Position numbers and translations under genes: made by a program. 64,000 bases of DNA from a virus. Its lineage: Duplodnaviria; Heunggongvirae; Uroviricota; Caudoviricetes. The stretch is from the IMG/VR virus record IMGVR_UViG_3300046692_000144, positions 21,621 through 85,620 of that record; one strand, 5' to 3'. Below the pieces are notes generated by a model. The model searched no databases. It was not told where the DNA came from and saw only the letters and a program-made list of their open reading frames with translations. The number at the start of each line of letters is the position of its first letter. The first letter of the stretch is position 1. Shown here one piece after another: positions 1 through 9,220 of this stretch.

Positions 1-32
1 CCCTCGTACCCTTTAAGTTCTAAGGAATAACC

Positions 33-386
33 ATGACTCACCCAACCCGTACTCCTCGTGTAATGAATGGTCAGTCTCGGACTGCTGACAAGTTCGTAGT
101 TCGTCTCGAAGACGGTCTCCGGGATCGTATCGCAGTCCTGGCCCGTGCGGGTCGTCAAAGCATGAACGCATACATGATCAGTGCTTTGAACGAAGTTGTG
201 ACCAGGGATGAAGACAACGTGGTGGAGAAGAGAACTCCTATCGGTAAAGACATGCCGTGTATGTTCAATGGCGAGGTAGCGATCCTTCTCAAGACATACT
301 TCAACAACGGTCTACTCACCGCTGACGTTGTAACTGCGAAAGGCGAAGGTTGGTCTGTGCTGTACGATACTCTTCAGCCGTATTGA
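33..386 (+). CDS. Ribbon-helix-helix (Arc/MetJ/CopG-like) DNA-binding protein
   Basis: N-terminal segment FVVRLEDGLRDRIAVLARAGRQSMNAYMISAL fits the RHH beta-strand plus two helices and the SMNA motif of Arc-like proteins. It lies next to the iteron region. Confidence 0.5.
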   Translation: MTHPTRTPRVMNGQSRTADKFVVRLEDGLRDRIAVLARAGRQSMNAYMISALNEVVTRDEDNVVEKRTPIGKDMPCMFNGEVAILLKTYFNNGLLTADVVTAKGEGWSVLYDTLQPY

Positions 387-452
387 CAAAACCCGGTCAC
401 TACCATAGACTCATAGGCGTGGAATCCCCCACGACCTCTTGAGTTTATAGAC

Positions 453-650
453 ATGACTACTCCTCGTACCAACGCCGTTACTACCCCTGCTCCACGAGTT
501 AATTCGTACTTCCTGGTTGAACGTGGTACACTCCGTGTGCGCCTCGGCCCAATGTTGACCCGAGAGGAAGCTCGCCAAGTCAAGCGTTCCTACTCTGACA
601 ACGACATGCTTCAGATTGCAAAATCTTCGTTCTGCGAATTCGTTCGTTAA
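453..650 (+). CDS. hypothetical protein
   Basis: 65-aa ORF followed by a terminator hairpin at 674-698. Confidence 0.3.
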   Translation: MTTPRTNAVTTPAPRVNSYFLVERGTLRVRLGPMLTREEARQVKRSYSDNDMLQIAKSSFCEFVR

Positions 651-673
651 GAACTGACCTCAGGGTCAAGAGA

Positions 674-698
674 GAGGACTTCGGTCCTCTTTTCTTTT
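674..698 (+). terminator. rho-independent terminator (GAGGAC-UUCG-GUCCUC + U-run)
   Basis: Perfect 6-bp stem with a UUCG loop followed by TTTTCTTTT. Confidence 0.6.
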
Positions 699-769
699 AG
701 CTAGTAGAATAGCAATCTTCTATTGATCAACGATCAGTCATAGTCCAATCCTATCCAATCCCCTCCGCC

Positions 770-1450
770 CATGTCTAAATGTGTAAAGTATTCTCAACAC
801 CCTGAGTCAGATGTCGAACAGGGTTACGACTACTTGTTGATATTCGTTCTCATTATCTAAGACATCAAGACATGACTTTTCTACTTTTAGACATTTTTAG
901 ACAAAACTAGACAAAGTCATGTCTACGCTGAGAGGCCCGTCCTAGAGCGATTAGACAAAGTTTTAGACATTTCCAAAAGTTCATGTCTAAGTCATGTCTA
1001 CGGCTGCAGCCCAGGCGGGCCGTGGCTTTCAGCCTCTTTTAGACAAAAAGACATGAATTTTCTCCGCACGAGCACCCAGAGCTTGGAAACACACAAATAA
1101 AAAAACAACTCTACAACCTCGTGTTCAACATTCTTTACACAACAGCCATAGCCATGTCATGGGTACATATATATAGTTATAAATATATAAATATATATAG
1201 TATGTATATGACTGTCTCCATTTCTTGTTTTTTATTTCCTGGTTTCTGAGCCCTAGTGCTTGTGCGGAGAAAATTCATGTCTAAATGTCTAGCGCACCCC
1301 TCAAAGCCATACGGGCCGCGGCCTGCAGCCGTAGACATGACTTAGACAAAACTTTGTCTAGATGTCTAATATTTTGTCTAAAGGCTCTAGCACGGGCCTC
1401 TTAGCGTAGACATGGTTTGTCTACGGCTTAGACATGCCTCTGGAGGCCAC
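770..1450. repeat. Iteron-rich non-coding region: about 25 copies of TAGACA(T/A) / AGACATG in both orientations, a 75-bp imperfect inverted repeat (997-1070 vs 1262-1340) and an AT-rich core (1163-1212). Putative origin of replication or operator cluster.
   Basis: Direct reading. Examples: ttttagacatttttagacaaaactagacaaagtcatgtctac; ttagacaaagttttagacatttcc; gtagacatgacttagacaaaactttgtctagatgtctaat. Inverted arms: cggctgcagccc...ttttagacaaaaagacatgaattttctccgcacgagcac and gtgcttgtgcggagaaaattcatgtctaaatgtctagcgcac...ggcctgcagccg. The alternating AT block catatatatagttataaatatataaatatatatagtatgtatatg sits between them. No ORF >60 aa with sensible composition. Confidence 0.55.
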
Positions 1451-1710
1451 GTAGATCAAGGCCTCTTTCCGCGCAGGCTCTAGATCAATGGTTTCAGAGG
1501 TGCTTTGAAGGGCCTCGCCGCAGTATTCTACTACGACCATACCTACGATCACCCTGAGACCCCTTCCTACGCACTGTGAGCTCCTGAGATGCGATCTGAG
1601 CAACGATCTAACTTCACCCCTGGCAAGGGTAGCTCCTAGATCCAGTCGTGGCTCTAAGAGACCTTACAGATCGTTTCCTAAAAAACAGACTTCCCCACAT
1701 CGACCTATGT

Positions 1711-1727
1711 GTGGTATAACAATGATG
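1711..1727 (+). promoter_or_regulatory. promoter-like motif GTGGTATAACAATGATG (extended -10 TGnTATAAC)
   Basis: One of 4 near-identical GGTATAACA(A/G)T(A/G)(A/G)TG copies. Lies 32 bp upstream of the polymerase operon start codon. Confidence 0.4.
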
Positions 1728-1758
1728 TAACACCCCATAACACTTAGAGGTTTTCACC

Positions 1759-3117
1759 ATGTCTACTAACTTCAAACCGATCGGGGGCCTGGGAGATACG
1801 GCCACCCCATCCGGAAAAGTTAAGAAACCAAGAGCCAAGAAGACGAACGAGCTGAGCTTGGACGAGCTGTACGCCAAGGCAGCCGAGATCGGGAAGATGA
1901 TGCCTTCGATCCGGAAGCAGATCATCGAGAAGGAAGACTTCTCCAAGATCCAGGATCGGTACTGCAACTCGGCCTGTGGTCTGTGCCCATCCAGTCGTCG
2001 TCCTAAACAAGTGACTTTGACCACTCAACAGGTCGATATCGTCATAGTTCAGGACCACAACGCTTTAGCCCAGATGTACAAATCCTCTGATGAAATGGAG
2101 CGTATCTACCGGGACATCATTGGCTTCCTGGCTCAGAAATATTTTCAACGGTTGAGCTACGCCGTAGTCAGTACTCTTAAGTGCTTGCCGCAAGCGTCTG
2201 ACCTTCGGGGTCAAACCGTGACAACCACCAAGATCAAACCATGTACTCCCTACCTTCACGAGGAACTTCGCAGGATCAAGCCTAAGGCGATCATCGTGAT
2301 GTCTACGAACTCGATCAGTGCTCTGGGTATCAAGGCCACCTGTTCGTCTAACCGTGGTGAATTCCACACGACTGACTACGGTACTGCGGTGATCACTCTC
2401 CACCCTAAGTCCTTGACGATGATCCGTCAGAATGCCTCAGGTAAAGAATGGGGTCCGGACTACTTCGAAGTCCTTGATCGTGACTTCGCTAAGGCTGCAC
2501 GGATTGCTCGTGGCGACCTGAAGGTAGTAAGTCTTGACGATGCTCTGGCCGAAGCTTCAACTCGGATCACCATTGCTCGATCTATGACTGACGTCAGAGC
2601 CATGATCAAGATCCTTAACGACCTTCCGGCGAACAAGATCATCAGCTTCGACTTGGAGACGACGAGCCTTGATGCCTGGGCGGCTAACGCAAAGATCATC
2701 ACTGCTCAGTTCGGATACACGGACCCTGCGGATGGCGTGATTAAGGCATTGGTATTCCCTCTGTGGCACAGGGCCAACAACTTCTACGATTCAAACGAAG
2801 CTTGGCCGTTGATTGCAGAATTGCTTCTGTCTCAACGACCTAAGGTTGGTCACAACATCAAGTTCGATATCATTTACACCTTCGTTACTACCGGTGTCCG
2901 TGTGGTTAACGCTGCGTTCGATACGTTGCTGTTACTGCACGCGATCAACTCTGGGTTGAAGAACAACTACAGTCTGAAGAAGGCTGTCTGGGACTTCTTA
3001 CCTGAGAGTGGTCTTGGCGGGTACGAAGACAAGCTCCCTGCCCTGACCAAGAGGAAGAAGGTGGTTGAAGGCGAAGAAGAGTCCGAGGAAGAGGAGGTGG
3101 GGGAATGCGACGAATAA
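1759..3117 (+). CDS. DNA polymerase A, N-terminal part: UDG family-4-like domain fused to a 3'-5' exonuclease (Exo I and Exo II motifs only)
   Basis: CNSACGLCPSS...VDIVIVQDHNA...LHPKSL resembles UDG family 4 (Cys cluster and HPS-like motif), but the GEAPG catalytic motif is replaced. ISFDLETTSLD is the Exo I motif and KVGHNIKFDIIY is Exo II. FDTLLLLHAIN aligns to Pol I FDTMLESYIL. The ORF stops before Exo III. Confidence 0.8.
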   Translation: MSTNFKPIGGLGDTATPSGKVKKPRAKKTNELSLDELYAKAAEIGKMMPSIRKQIIEKEDFSKIQDRYCNSACGLCPSSRRPKQVTLTTQQVDIVIVQDHNALAQMYKSSDEMERIYRDIIGFLAQKYFQRLSYAVVSTLKCLPQASDLRGQTVTTTKIKPCTPYLHEELRRIKPKAIIVMSTNSISALGIKATCSSNRGEFHTTDYGTAVITLHPKSLTMIRQNASGKEWGPDYFEVLDRDFAKAARIARGDLKVVSLDDALAEASTRITIARSMTDVRAMIKILNDLPANKIISFDLETTSLDAWAANAKIITAQFGYTDPADGVIKALVFPLWHRANNFYDSNEAWPLIAELLLSQRPKVGHNIKFDIIYTFVTTGVRVVNAAFDTLLLLHAINSGLKNNYSLKKAVWDFLPESGLGGYEDKLPALTKRKKVVEGEEESEEEEVGECDE

Positions 3118-3368
3118 AGCTGAGGATATACGAGAGGAGTAACTTCTACATCCGTAAGGCGAGTGCCGACGGCTCTCTGGTAGAGATTCAGAATCAGTAC
3201 TCAGGAATCATTGTTAAGAATCCAAGGATCAGATTTTCTCTGGTCCACGGGGTTCACTTAGTGGATAACAGCTACGAGGGCAATTTCTTTAACGACGGTT
3301 GGCTTCAGGACACCAATTCCCGGGGCTTCGAACAGAACGCTTACACGCGGGAGAACTACCGGGGATGA
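3105..3368 (+). CDS. hypothetical protein (first gene of the block inserted in polA)
   Basis: ATG preceded by GGAGGAGG. Overlaps the previous stop by 13 nt and the next start by ATGA. Confidence 0.35.
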   Translation: MRRIKLRIYERSNFYIRKASADGSLVEIQNQYSGIIVKNPRIRFSLVHGVHLVDNSYEGNFFNDGWLQDTNSRGFEQNAYTRENYRG

Positions 3369-3934
3369 AACTCTTCCTAAAACCAAAGCCTGGAGAGACG
3401 ATCAAGTATCTGGGGTTGGGTAGTTTCCGAGGAGACTACTACCGACGTGCGATAAGTGTTACGCCTGTGGATGGTTTCAACGTTCAGCTCGTACGGATTA
3501 ACACTGTCGTCAATCCTCGTGCGCTAAGGGGTGTTCTTGGTCCCTACCTTCTTTTTGAAGACCCGGGGAATGGCTTTGATTACACCCTCGAAACCACGGT
3601 TACGAAGGGGTTCCCCCGTGCCCCTAGCCCTGTCCACCTCAAAGCGGAATGGATAAGCACTATCGTTAGCGCAGAGATGATGAGTGATACTCAGTATGCG
3701 GCTGCGTTTGAACGGGAGCTGCGTAATAGGCTTGTCCGTTTTATTAACTTAAAGGCGAAAGGGCTTGGGGTTACCCATGAGATTTCTGGGGCAGATCTTC
3801 GGATCAGATTCGACATGCAGCCAGTTCCAGATGACCCTGAACACGTCCGTTGCTCAGTAACCTCTTCCGAACTTTACTTAGCTGTGATATCGTCTAGGCC
3901 TAGTGAAATACTCCAACGGGCCAACTTTCGATGA
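3365..3934 (+). CDS. hypothetical protein
   Basis: Translationally coupled (ATGA overlaps at both ends). Confidence 0.4.
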   Translation: MKLFLKPKPGETIKYLGLGSFRGDYYRRAISVTPVDGFNVQLVRINTVVNPRALRGVLGPYLLFEDPGNGFDYTLETTVTKGFPRAPSPVHLKAEWISTIVSAEMMSDTQYAAAFERELRNRLVRFINLKAKGLGVTHEISGADLRIRFDMQPVPDDPEHVRCSVTSSELYLAVISSRPSEILQRANFR

Positions 3935-4230
3935 TGATATCTACGATGAGGCTGAGTAAGCCTCTTGAGTTAAGGCTACATGTAGAAGATGCGATTATCG
4001 AGGCCAGTGTCTACTCTGCTGATGGCGGGTTCTTGGCACCGGCCTTCTCGTATGTCATGGGCAGTCCTATGGATCTTCGTAGGTCTGTCCTTGGTGTTCA
4101 CTTCTTTCAGCCTGAGAGGTGTCCGGGAGAAGTAGTCCACGTTGACATCACCGCCAGCATTAAGTTCGGTACCCAAGTTCTTAGCGACTACCGAGAAATG
4201 GTCAAACCCTTCCCACTAACCACAGAGTGA
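3931..4230 (+). CDS. hypothetical protein
   Basis: ATGA overlap with the upstream gene. Confidence 0.35.
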   Translation: MMISTMRLSKPLELRLHVEDAIIEASVYSADGGFLAPAFSYVMGSPMDLRRSVLGVHFFQPERCPGEVVHVDITASIKFGTQVLSDYREMVKPFPLTTE

Positions 4231-4236
4231 TCTGAG

Positions 4237-5241
4237 ATGTATTCAAACGTCTTGTTTAGTTTGCCTCCGGAAGCGAGGCTCTCTCTTAGGACTCCCAAGG
4301 ACTTCTTTTCGAACGACCCTGTAAAAAGGGTAGTATCGATCATGCATGACCCGGGTGGACCTGGTACAGAGAAGTTGGCAACCAACGTAGTGAGCCTGCT
4401 TCTAGGCTCTCCGGTGAAACTACTGCGTGCAATCAAAGGGGCCCGGTTCGTTCAAGGTTCAGTCAATGATCCGGATCGATTGTCGGTGTGTAGTTTTTAC
4501 GTTGACGGGGAGGAGGCGGTAAAGAAGTCTTCTAACGTCTACGAGGCAAACCTTGAGGCTATGGGTCGATTCAAGTCTATGGCGGAGAAGCCTTTGGGGG
4601 TAGGGAGATACCAATCAAATCTCTGTCAAGAGGTTTACCTGGGACCGTCATACCCCTCGTCTTTCCCAGATGTTACCGACGATAGTACTCTAGTCGAAAG
4701 CCAGACTATCCGTGATATTCACCTGGCTCGTTTGTCGCGGATGACAGATCGTGTAGGTGGGGTATATGGAGTCCACGCATTTGATAGATGGGCTAACGAA
4801 AGACCGATAGGAGCTATGACCACAACTATTGGTGGGCCCCACGATACCTTCCGAGCTGCGGATTTTGATGGTGACGTTACTGCGGAATGGCGTAATGTTC
4901 GGCAGGGTGCCATGGCGGAATTAGCCGATATGGCCGCACGTCAAATTAATGACAACATGGGTCGTAATGGGTTTCTTCGTCAGATGACGAGGGCACAAGA
5001 ACTGACTATTGTCGATGAAATAGATCGAGAGATTGTTAGAGAGTTGACTTTGGGAAGGCAGAATTCTCGTAACGAAGCCTCTCGTCGTATTAATCGGTTT
5101 GGGGAAGAACTTCATACCCAGTTCTACGATGAGATTGCTCGATCTGCGAGTACTGTGACTTACCGTACGGACGACATTCGGCCTCACCTACCACAGAACC
5201 AACGTAACCGAGGACCCGTTCCTCGTAACCAACGCTGGTAA
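4237..5241 (+). CDS. hypothetical protein (334 aa)
   Basis: Long ORF with phage-like codon usage, followed by a terminator at 5247-5271. Confidence 0.45.
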   Translation: MYSNVLFSLPPEARLSLRTPKDFFSNDPVKRVVSIMHDPGGPGTEKLATNVVSLLLGSPVKLLRAIKGARFVQGSVNDPDRLSVCSFYVDGEEAVKKSSNVYEANLEAMGRFKSMAEKPLGVGRYQSNLCQEVYLGPSYPSSFPDVTDDSTLVESQTIRDIHLARLSRMTDRVGGVYGVHAFDRWANERPIGAMTTTIGGPHDTFRAADFDGDVTAEWRNVRQGAMAELADMAARQINDNMGRNGFLRQMTRAQELTIVDEIDREIVRELTLGRQNSRNEASRRINRFGEELHTQFYDEIARSASTVTYRTDDIRPHLPQNQRNRGPVPRNQRW

Positions 5242-5246
5242 ACAAG

Positions 5247-5271
5247 GGCCCCATTAAGGGGCCTTTTCTTT
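5247..5271 (+). terminator. rho-independent terminator (GGGCCCC-loop-GGGGCC + U-run)
   Basis: Hairpin plus TTTTCTTT. Confidence 0.55.
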
Positions 5272-5310
5272 GGTATAAACAAAGTGCAATCCATAGCTTA
5301 GGAGGCTCTG

Positions 5311-5745
5311 ATGCCCAAGATAGTACCGTTGGTGGACATCCCTATGAATGCGTTTTTTAAGACGGGGCACGACCATAACAGTTCGATGCTCCACGCTTTG
5401 CGCAAGAAGACGAGACGTGCAGATGGTTTCTTCATGTTCATGTCGGAGATCATGATTAATGACACTTTCCCCCTGACAGGTCTTCGGTTTACCGGGTCTT
5501 GGCGGTTGGGGAAGATCAGTCTTACTCCGAGTAAGGATACGGACTACAAACTTGAAGTCTATCGTCGTTCTCTTTATCTGACTGGAACCTTAGGTACGGT
5601 CTACGAAGTAGAAGCGATGGATGACCATGCTCTTGCTGAGGCATTGCGCTCCTTGGAGAAAGGGGAAGACATCAGTCGCTACCCTTCCAAGTGGAACGTA
5701 TCTGAATCCAAAACTTTCGCCGAAACCGGCTTTGATATTGTCTGA
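5311..5745 (+). CDS. hypothetical protein
   Basis: 144-aa ORF with an RBS AGGAGG upstream. Confidence 0.4.
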   Translation: MPKIVPLVDIPMNAFFKTGHDHNSSMLHALRKKTRRADGFFMFMSEIMINDTFPLTGLRFTGSWRLGKISLTPSKDTDYKLEVYRRSLYLTGTLGTVYEVEAMDDHALAEALRSLEKGEDISRYPSKWNVSESKTFAETGFDIV

Positions 5746-5756
5746 GGAAGTAACCA

Positions 5757-6319
5757 TGTTCGAATACAAGAATGTAAAGCCGCTGACCAATGTTCCACTC
5801 GCTTGCTTCAAAGCTATGGGTCTTAGCCGAGATCGGGATCTGTACGAACTTCGTCTTGGTGCTGTACGCAATGATGGTTACTTCCTGGTGAAGCTGCGTG
5901 AGGATGAGAGCAGCGTATCTGCGTTCACCCTTGAAGGTGATCACGCCGGTTCGTACTTCATCGGTCAGATTCAGCCAAGCCCTTCGGCAGTAGATCCTAA
6001 CCGTGTGTATCACGAACTGTTCATCCACGGTGGCAGCCGAGACGCAACTGCGTTCTGCAAGCACCCAAGCGAGATTATGAATCTCCTCAAGGGCCTTGAG
6101 CTAAACGGGACAGATAGTCTGTTCGGTCTCTCCGAGTACTGGGAGGCATCCTTGGATCATCCTTTCCAAGAGAAGTTTGTAGAGCATCCTCAGGATCTTC
6201 GTTTCGAGATGCTGTTCGGGGATAACTCTTTGTTCGGTGGCAACTCTCAGATGGATGATGGTGACATGGACGATTACTTTGGTATGGGTGGCATGGGCTC
6301 GGGAGGTATCTACGAATGA
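5757..6319 (+). CDS. hypothetical protein with acidic/Gly-rich C-terminus
   Basis: ATG at 5757 preceded by GAGGAAG. The track ORF 5621 is an unlikely N-extension overlapping the previous gene. Confidence 0.45.
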
Positions 6320-6780
6320 GTGGTGGAAATATCAAACCGCTGCACGCGATGCCTCAGTACTGCTTCCCAGGCGTCAAAGGTGATCCAGGTGTCCTAAAGG
6401 CAGTACGGACTATGGCCAAGCCTATCCATGGTATGTTCATGGTTCGTAACTTGAACACCGAACAGACGTTGGGTTCGTTTGTCATGGGTAACACCTCCGG
6501 CTACGATGGTCGTTGGTTTCTTGGTCGTATTCGTAAACACAAAACCCAACCAGGCCGTTTCGAAATTCTGATCCGTCGTAATAAGACGTGCTACTATAAA
6601 ACCGTCGATTCTGAACATGATCTTGCAGACGAATTGCGGTTCATGGACGTAGATGCAGACGTCGAATTCTCTAGCGCTTCCGGTGGGTGGATAACTACGC
6701 CCGACGCAGAGTTTACAGAAATAGGGTTCTCCTCTGGGGAGCCATCGAGGACAAACGGATGGGAAAGTCTGTCGCAGTAA
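6316..6780 (+). CDS. hypothetical protein
   Basis: ATGA overlap with the upstream gene; runs into the polA part 2 start. Confidence 0.4.
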   Translation: MSGGNIKPLHAMPQYCFPGVKGDPGVLKAVRTMAKPIHGMFMVRNLNTEQTLGSFVMGNTSGYDGRWFLGRIRKHKTQPGRFEILIRRNKTCYYKTVDSEHDLADELRFMDVDADVEFSSASGGWITTPDAEFTEIGFSSGEPSRTNGWESLSQ

Positions 6781-8348
6781 AAGAAGAAGCACCGGTATAC
6801 AACACGTATGAGGACTTCCCTCCGGAGGATCTCTACCAGTATGCTGGTGTTGACTGCTTAGCGACAACGGGGGTACTGAACGCAGTATTCCCCAAGATCG
6901 TAGAGCAGAAGTCGTACATGTATTCAAACGGTGGGATCATCGTAGGTGGTAAAGCGCCTGCGATCATCGACTTCATGGATAAGGTAGAAATGCCTGCACA
7001 TGAGTTCCTCATTGACCTGGAATTGAATGGTCTTCGGTACGATGTAGAACTGAATAAGAGCCAGTCGAAGAAGATTCAGGAGGAGTTGCCAGCGTTAGAG
7101 GACAACGTCTTCTCCTTGTTCGGGAAGAAGTTCAACCCTGACTCGGGTAAGGAACTCGGGGATCTTCTTTATCGTGAGCTTGGGTTTACCCCGCCGAGTT
7201 ACACGAAGAAGAATGAGCCGTCTGTCGATGGGGACGCACTGGCTTCCTTGGCTAAGACCCATGACCTTGAATGGTTACGGGTCCTTGCTAGACGAAACAA
7301 CCTGGCATCGGTAGACCGTACGTTCTTCCGTAACTATGTCAGTGACTTCGTGAAGTCTGACGGTCGTATTCACCCGAGTTACAACCTCTTCGGTACTAGT
7401 TCGTATCGAATCACCGGTGACAAACCAAACCTCACCCAATTGCCTAACGCCCAGACCGAGTCGAAGCTTGGGTATGCGATTCGACAGTGCTACATCGCTG
7501 ATCCCGGTCACCTGTTCCTCTGTGCTGACCAAAGCTCTGCCGAAGTGAAGATCTTGGGTGCTCTGTGTAAAGACCCGAAACTGCTCCGGGCTATTGCAGA
7601 AGGTAAGGACTTCCACTCGTACTCTGCTAGTCAGATGCATGGCATTCCTTACGAAGAGATCGTCTGGCACTTGGACTACGAAGGTGACGACGTTGCTATC
7701 CTTGCTATCAAGAAGAAGTACAAAGGCTTGCGTCAAGGCTCGAAGGCTCTGACCTTCGGAATCCTTTATGGCTCCAGCGTTAAGGGCATCGCTTACAACC
7801 TGAACATCACCGAAGCGGAAGCTACTCGTCTCATCGCAATGTACTTCAAAGAGTTCCCACTCATTGAGGTGTATGTGAACGACGCTCATGCAATGGCGAA
7901 GTACAACCATTACGTGATGAACACCTTCGGTCAGGCCAAACGTGAATACGGGGCTATGGACATCTTCCGTAAGACTGCGGTTTACAACGCAGCTTTCCGG
8001 AACGCTCAGAACGTACGTGTTCAGAGTACTGCGTCTACTACCGGTCTGTACGCCTTCTCGAAGTTGAACGAGGCGATCAAACCAATCGGTGGTCGTTCTA
8101 TCTGCACTGTGTATGACTCTGTTGAACTTGAAGTTCCTTTCAAGAAGACCGCAGAGACCATCGAAGCCACCTTCTACACGATGGAAGATCGTCTGGTAGA
8201 AGACTTCGACTGGTTGGATCTACCGATAGCCATCGACTGTGAGATCGGCCCTAACTGGGGTCAGCAGGTCAAGGTTCATCGTGGTATCACCCAGGCAGAA
8301 GTTGAGAAACTGATGCTGGATAAATACCAAATAAACATGGCTGCATAA
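6759..8348 (+). CDS. DNA polymerase A, C-terminal part (Exo III motif plus polymerase domain)
   Basis: YQYAGVDCLATTGVL aligns to Pol I Exo III YAAEDADVTLQL. RIHPSYNLFGTSSYRITGDKPNLTQLP is motif A. KILGALCKDPKLLRAIAEGKDFHSYSASQMHG is the O-helix/motif B region. VYDSVELEV is motif C. The start could instead be the GTG at 6687, which overlaps the upstream gene by 94 nt. Confidence 0.85.
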   Translation: MGKSVAVKEEAPVYNTYEDFPPEDLYQYAGVDCLATTGVLNAVFPKIVEQKSYMYSNGGIIVGGKAPAIIDFMDKVEMPAHEFLIDLELNGLRYDVELNKSQSKKIQEELPALEDNVFSLFGKKFNPDSGKELGDLLYRELGFTPPSYTKKNEPSVDGDALASLAKTHDLEWLRVLARRNNLASVDRTFFRNYVSDFVKSDGRIHPSYNLFGTSSYRITGDKPNLTQLPNAQTESKLGYAIRQCYIADPGHLFLCADQSSAEVKILGALCKDPKLLRAIAEGKDFHSYSASQMHGIPYEEIVWHLDYEGDDVAILAIKKKYKGLRQGSKALTFGILYGSSVKGIAYNLNITEAEATRLIAMYFKEFPLIEVYVNDAHAMAKYNHYVMNTFGQAKREYGAMDIFRKTAVYNAAFRNAQNVRVQSTASTTGLYAFSKLNEAIKPIGGRSICTVYDSVELEVPFKKTAETIEATFYTMEDRLVEDFDWLDLPIAIDCEIGPNWGQQVKVHRGITQAEVEKLMLDKYQINMAA

Positions 8349-8352
8349 CGAA

Positions 8353-8380
8353 GAGGAGGCTTAGGCCTCCTTTTTCTTTT
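8353..8380 (+). terminator. rho-independent terminator
   Basis: GGAGGC-UUAG-GCCUCC followed by TTTTTCTTTT. Confidence 0.6.
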
Positions 8381-8394
8381 AAGAGGATTGAACG

Positions 8395-8664
8395 ATGCAA
8401 CTTGTACAGGCATTGGTAGATCGTTTCTATTTAGTACCGCTACCCAAAGAAACCTATATGAAGGTTCATGAGAACTCGTATCGGATTTTCCAAGTAGGCA
8501 AGGATCGTATCTGGTATGCCTTGGATCGTGAGGGCTCCCCGGTAAACGTCCTTACGGTGGGTCAAGAAAGGAGTCTAACGATAGTGAGAGTAACCATCTC
8601 TCCGCCTAAGAAACTTAACCAGAAACAACGATATGTCTTTGACTGTCGGTTTATTAGTGAATGA
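8395..8664 (+). CDS. small-protein paralogue family A, member 1
   Basis: MQLVQALVDRFYLVPLP... shares the N-terminal helix motif (F/L)Vx(T/A)(M/L)(I/V)xR(F/L)xG and is about 86-92 aa like the 7 downstream genes. Confidence 0.5.
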   Translation: MQLVQALVDRFYLVPLPKETYMKVHENSYRIFQVGKDRIWYALDREGSPVNVLTVGQERSLTIVRVTISPPKKLNQKQRYVFDCRFISE

Positions 8665-8939
8665 GCGGAGGGGTTATGAACTTTGTTCAAACAATGATTG
8701 ACCGTCTAATAGGCGTACCTCTCCCCAAGGAGTTGTACCTCCGGATAAAAGAGACGCCGTACCGTATAGTCGGCGTAGACAGCAAGGGTGTGTATTACAC
8801 GCATATTAATGAGACAGGTCGAAGCCTTCTGGCTCCTCATGTCTACAGCGACCTGAATATTAAAGGTTTCTCAGTAGAGACCGAGAGGAAGCTGGTAAAC
8901 ACACCTAAGTACTTCATCGACTGTCAGTTTGATTACTGA
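8661..8939 (+). CDS. small-protein paralogue family A, member 2
   Basis: MNFVQTMIDRLIGVPLPKELYLRI... parallels member 1 (LVPLPKETYMKV). Confidence 0.5.
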   Translation: MSGGVMNFVQTMIDRLIGVPLPKELYLRIKETPYRIVGVDSKGVYYTHINETGRSLLAPHVYSDLNIKGFSVETERKLVNTPKYFIDCQFDY

Positions 8940-8951
8940 GTAGGGGGAGTT

Positions 8952-9212
8952 ATGCAGTTTGTAAGTGAAATGATCCGGCGTTTCTCTGGACGTGTACTTC
9001 CCCGAGATACGTTCCTGACACTGGGTAGTAGCACCCACCGAATAGCAAAGGTTACTGACAAAGGGATCTATCTACGGATAGGGGGACGAATGCAGGAAGA
9101 GTGCATAACGGTAGAGAGCAACCCATCCATGCGGCTTATGGTGGTCAAAATTTCTTCCGCTAAAAAGTTAGTAAAGAAACCGCGTATATACTTTGAGTGC
9201 CGCTATAGCTAG
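8952..9212 (+). CDS. small-protein paralogue family A, member 3
   Basis: MQFVSEMIRRFSGRVLP...; C-terminus YFECRYS parallels member 1 (VFDCRFIS) and member 2 (FIDCQFDY). Confidence 0.5.
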   Translation: MQFVSEMIRRFSGRVLPRDTFLTLGSSTHRIAKVTDKGIYLRIGGRMQEECITVESNPSMRLMVVKISSAKKLVKKPRIYFECRYS

Positions 9213-9220
9213 GAGGTGTT

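Noticed and set aside
1421-2058. Minus-strand ORFs 1421..1603, 1614..2024, 1744..2058
   Set aside because: They overlap the 5' leader and UDG-like domain of the polymerase gene. Low-complexity translations with no RBS context.
3105-6780. The block splitting the polymerase being an intein, group I/II intron or homing-endonuclease insertion
   Set aside because: There are multiple stop codons and frame changes, so no in-frame intein is possible. No RT/maturase, LAGLIDADG, GIY-YIG or HNH motifs are present. The seven ORFs are translationally coupled like ordinary operon genes.
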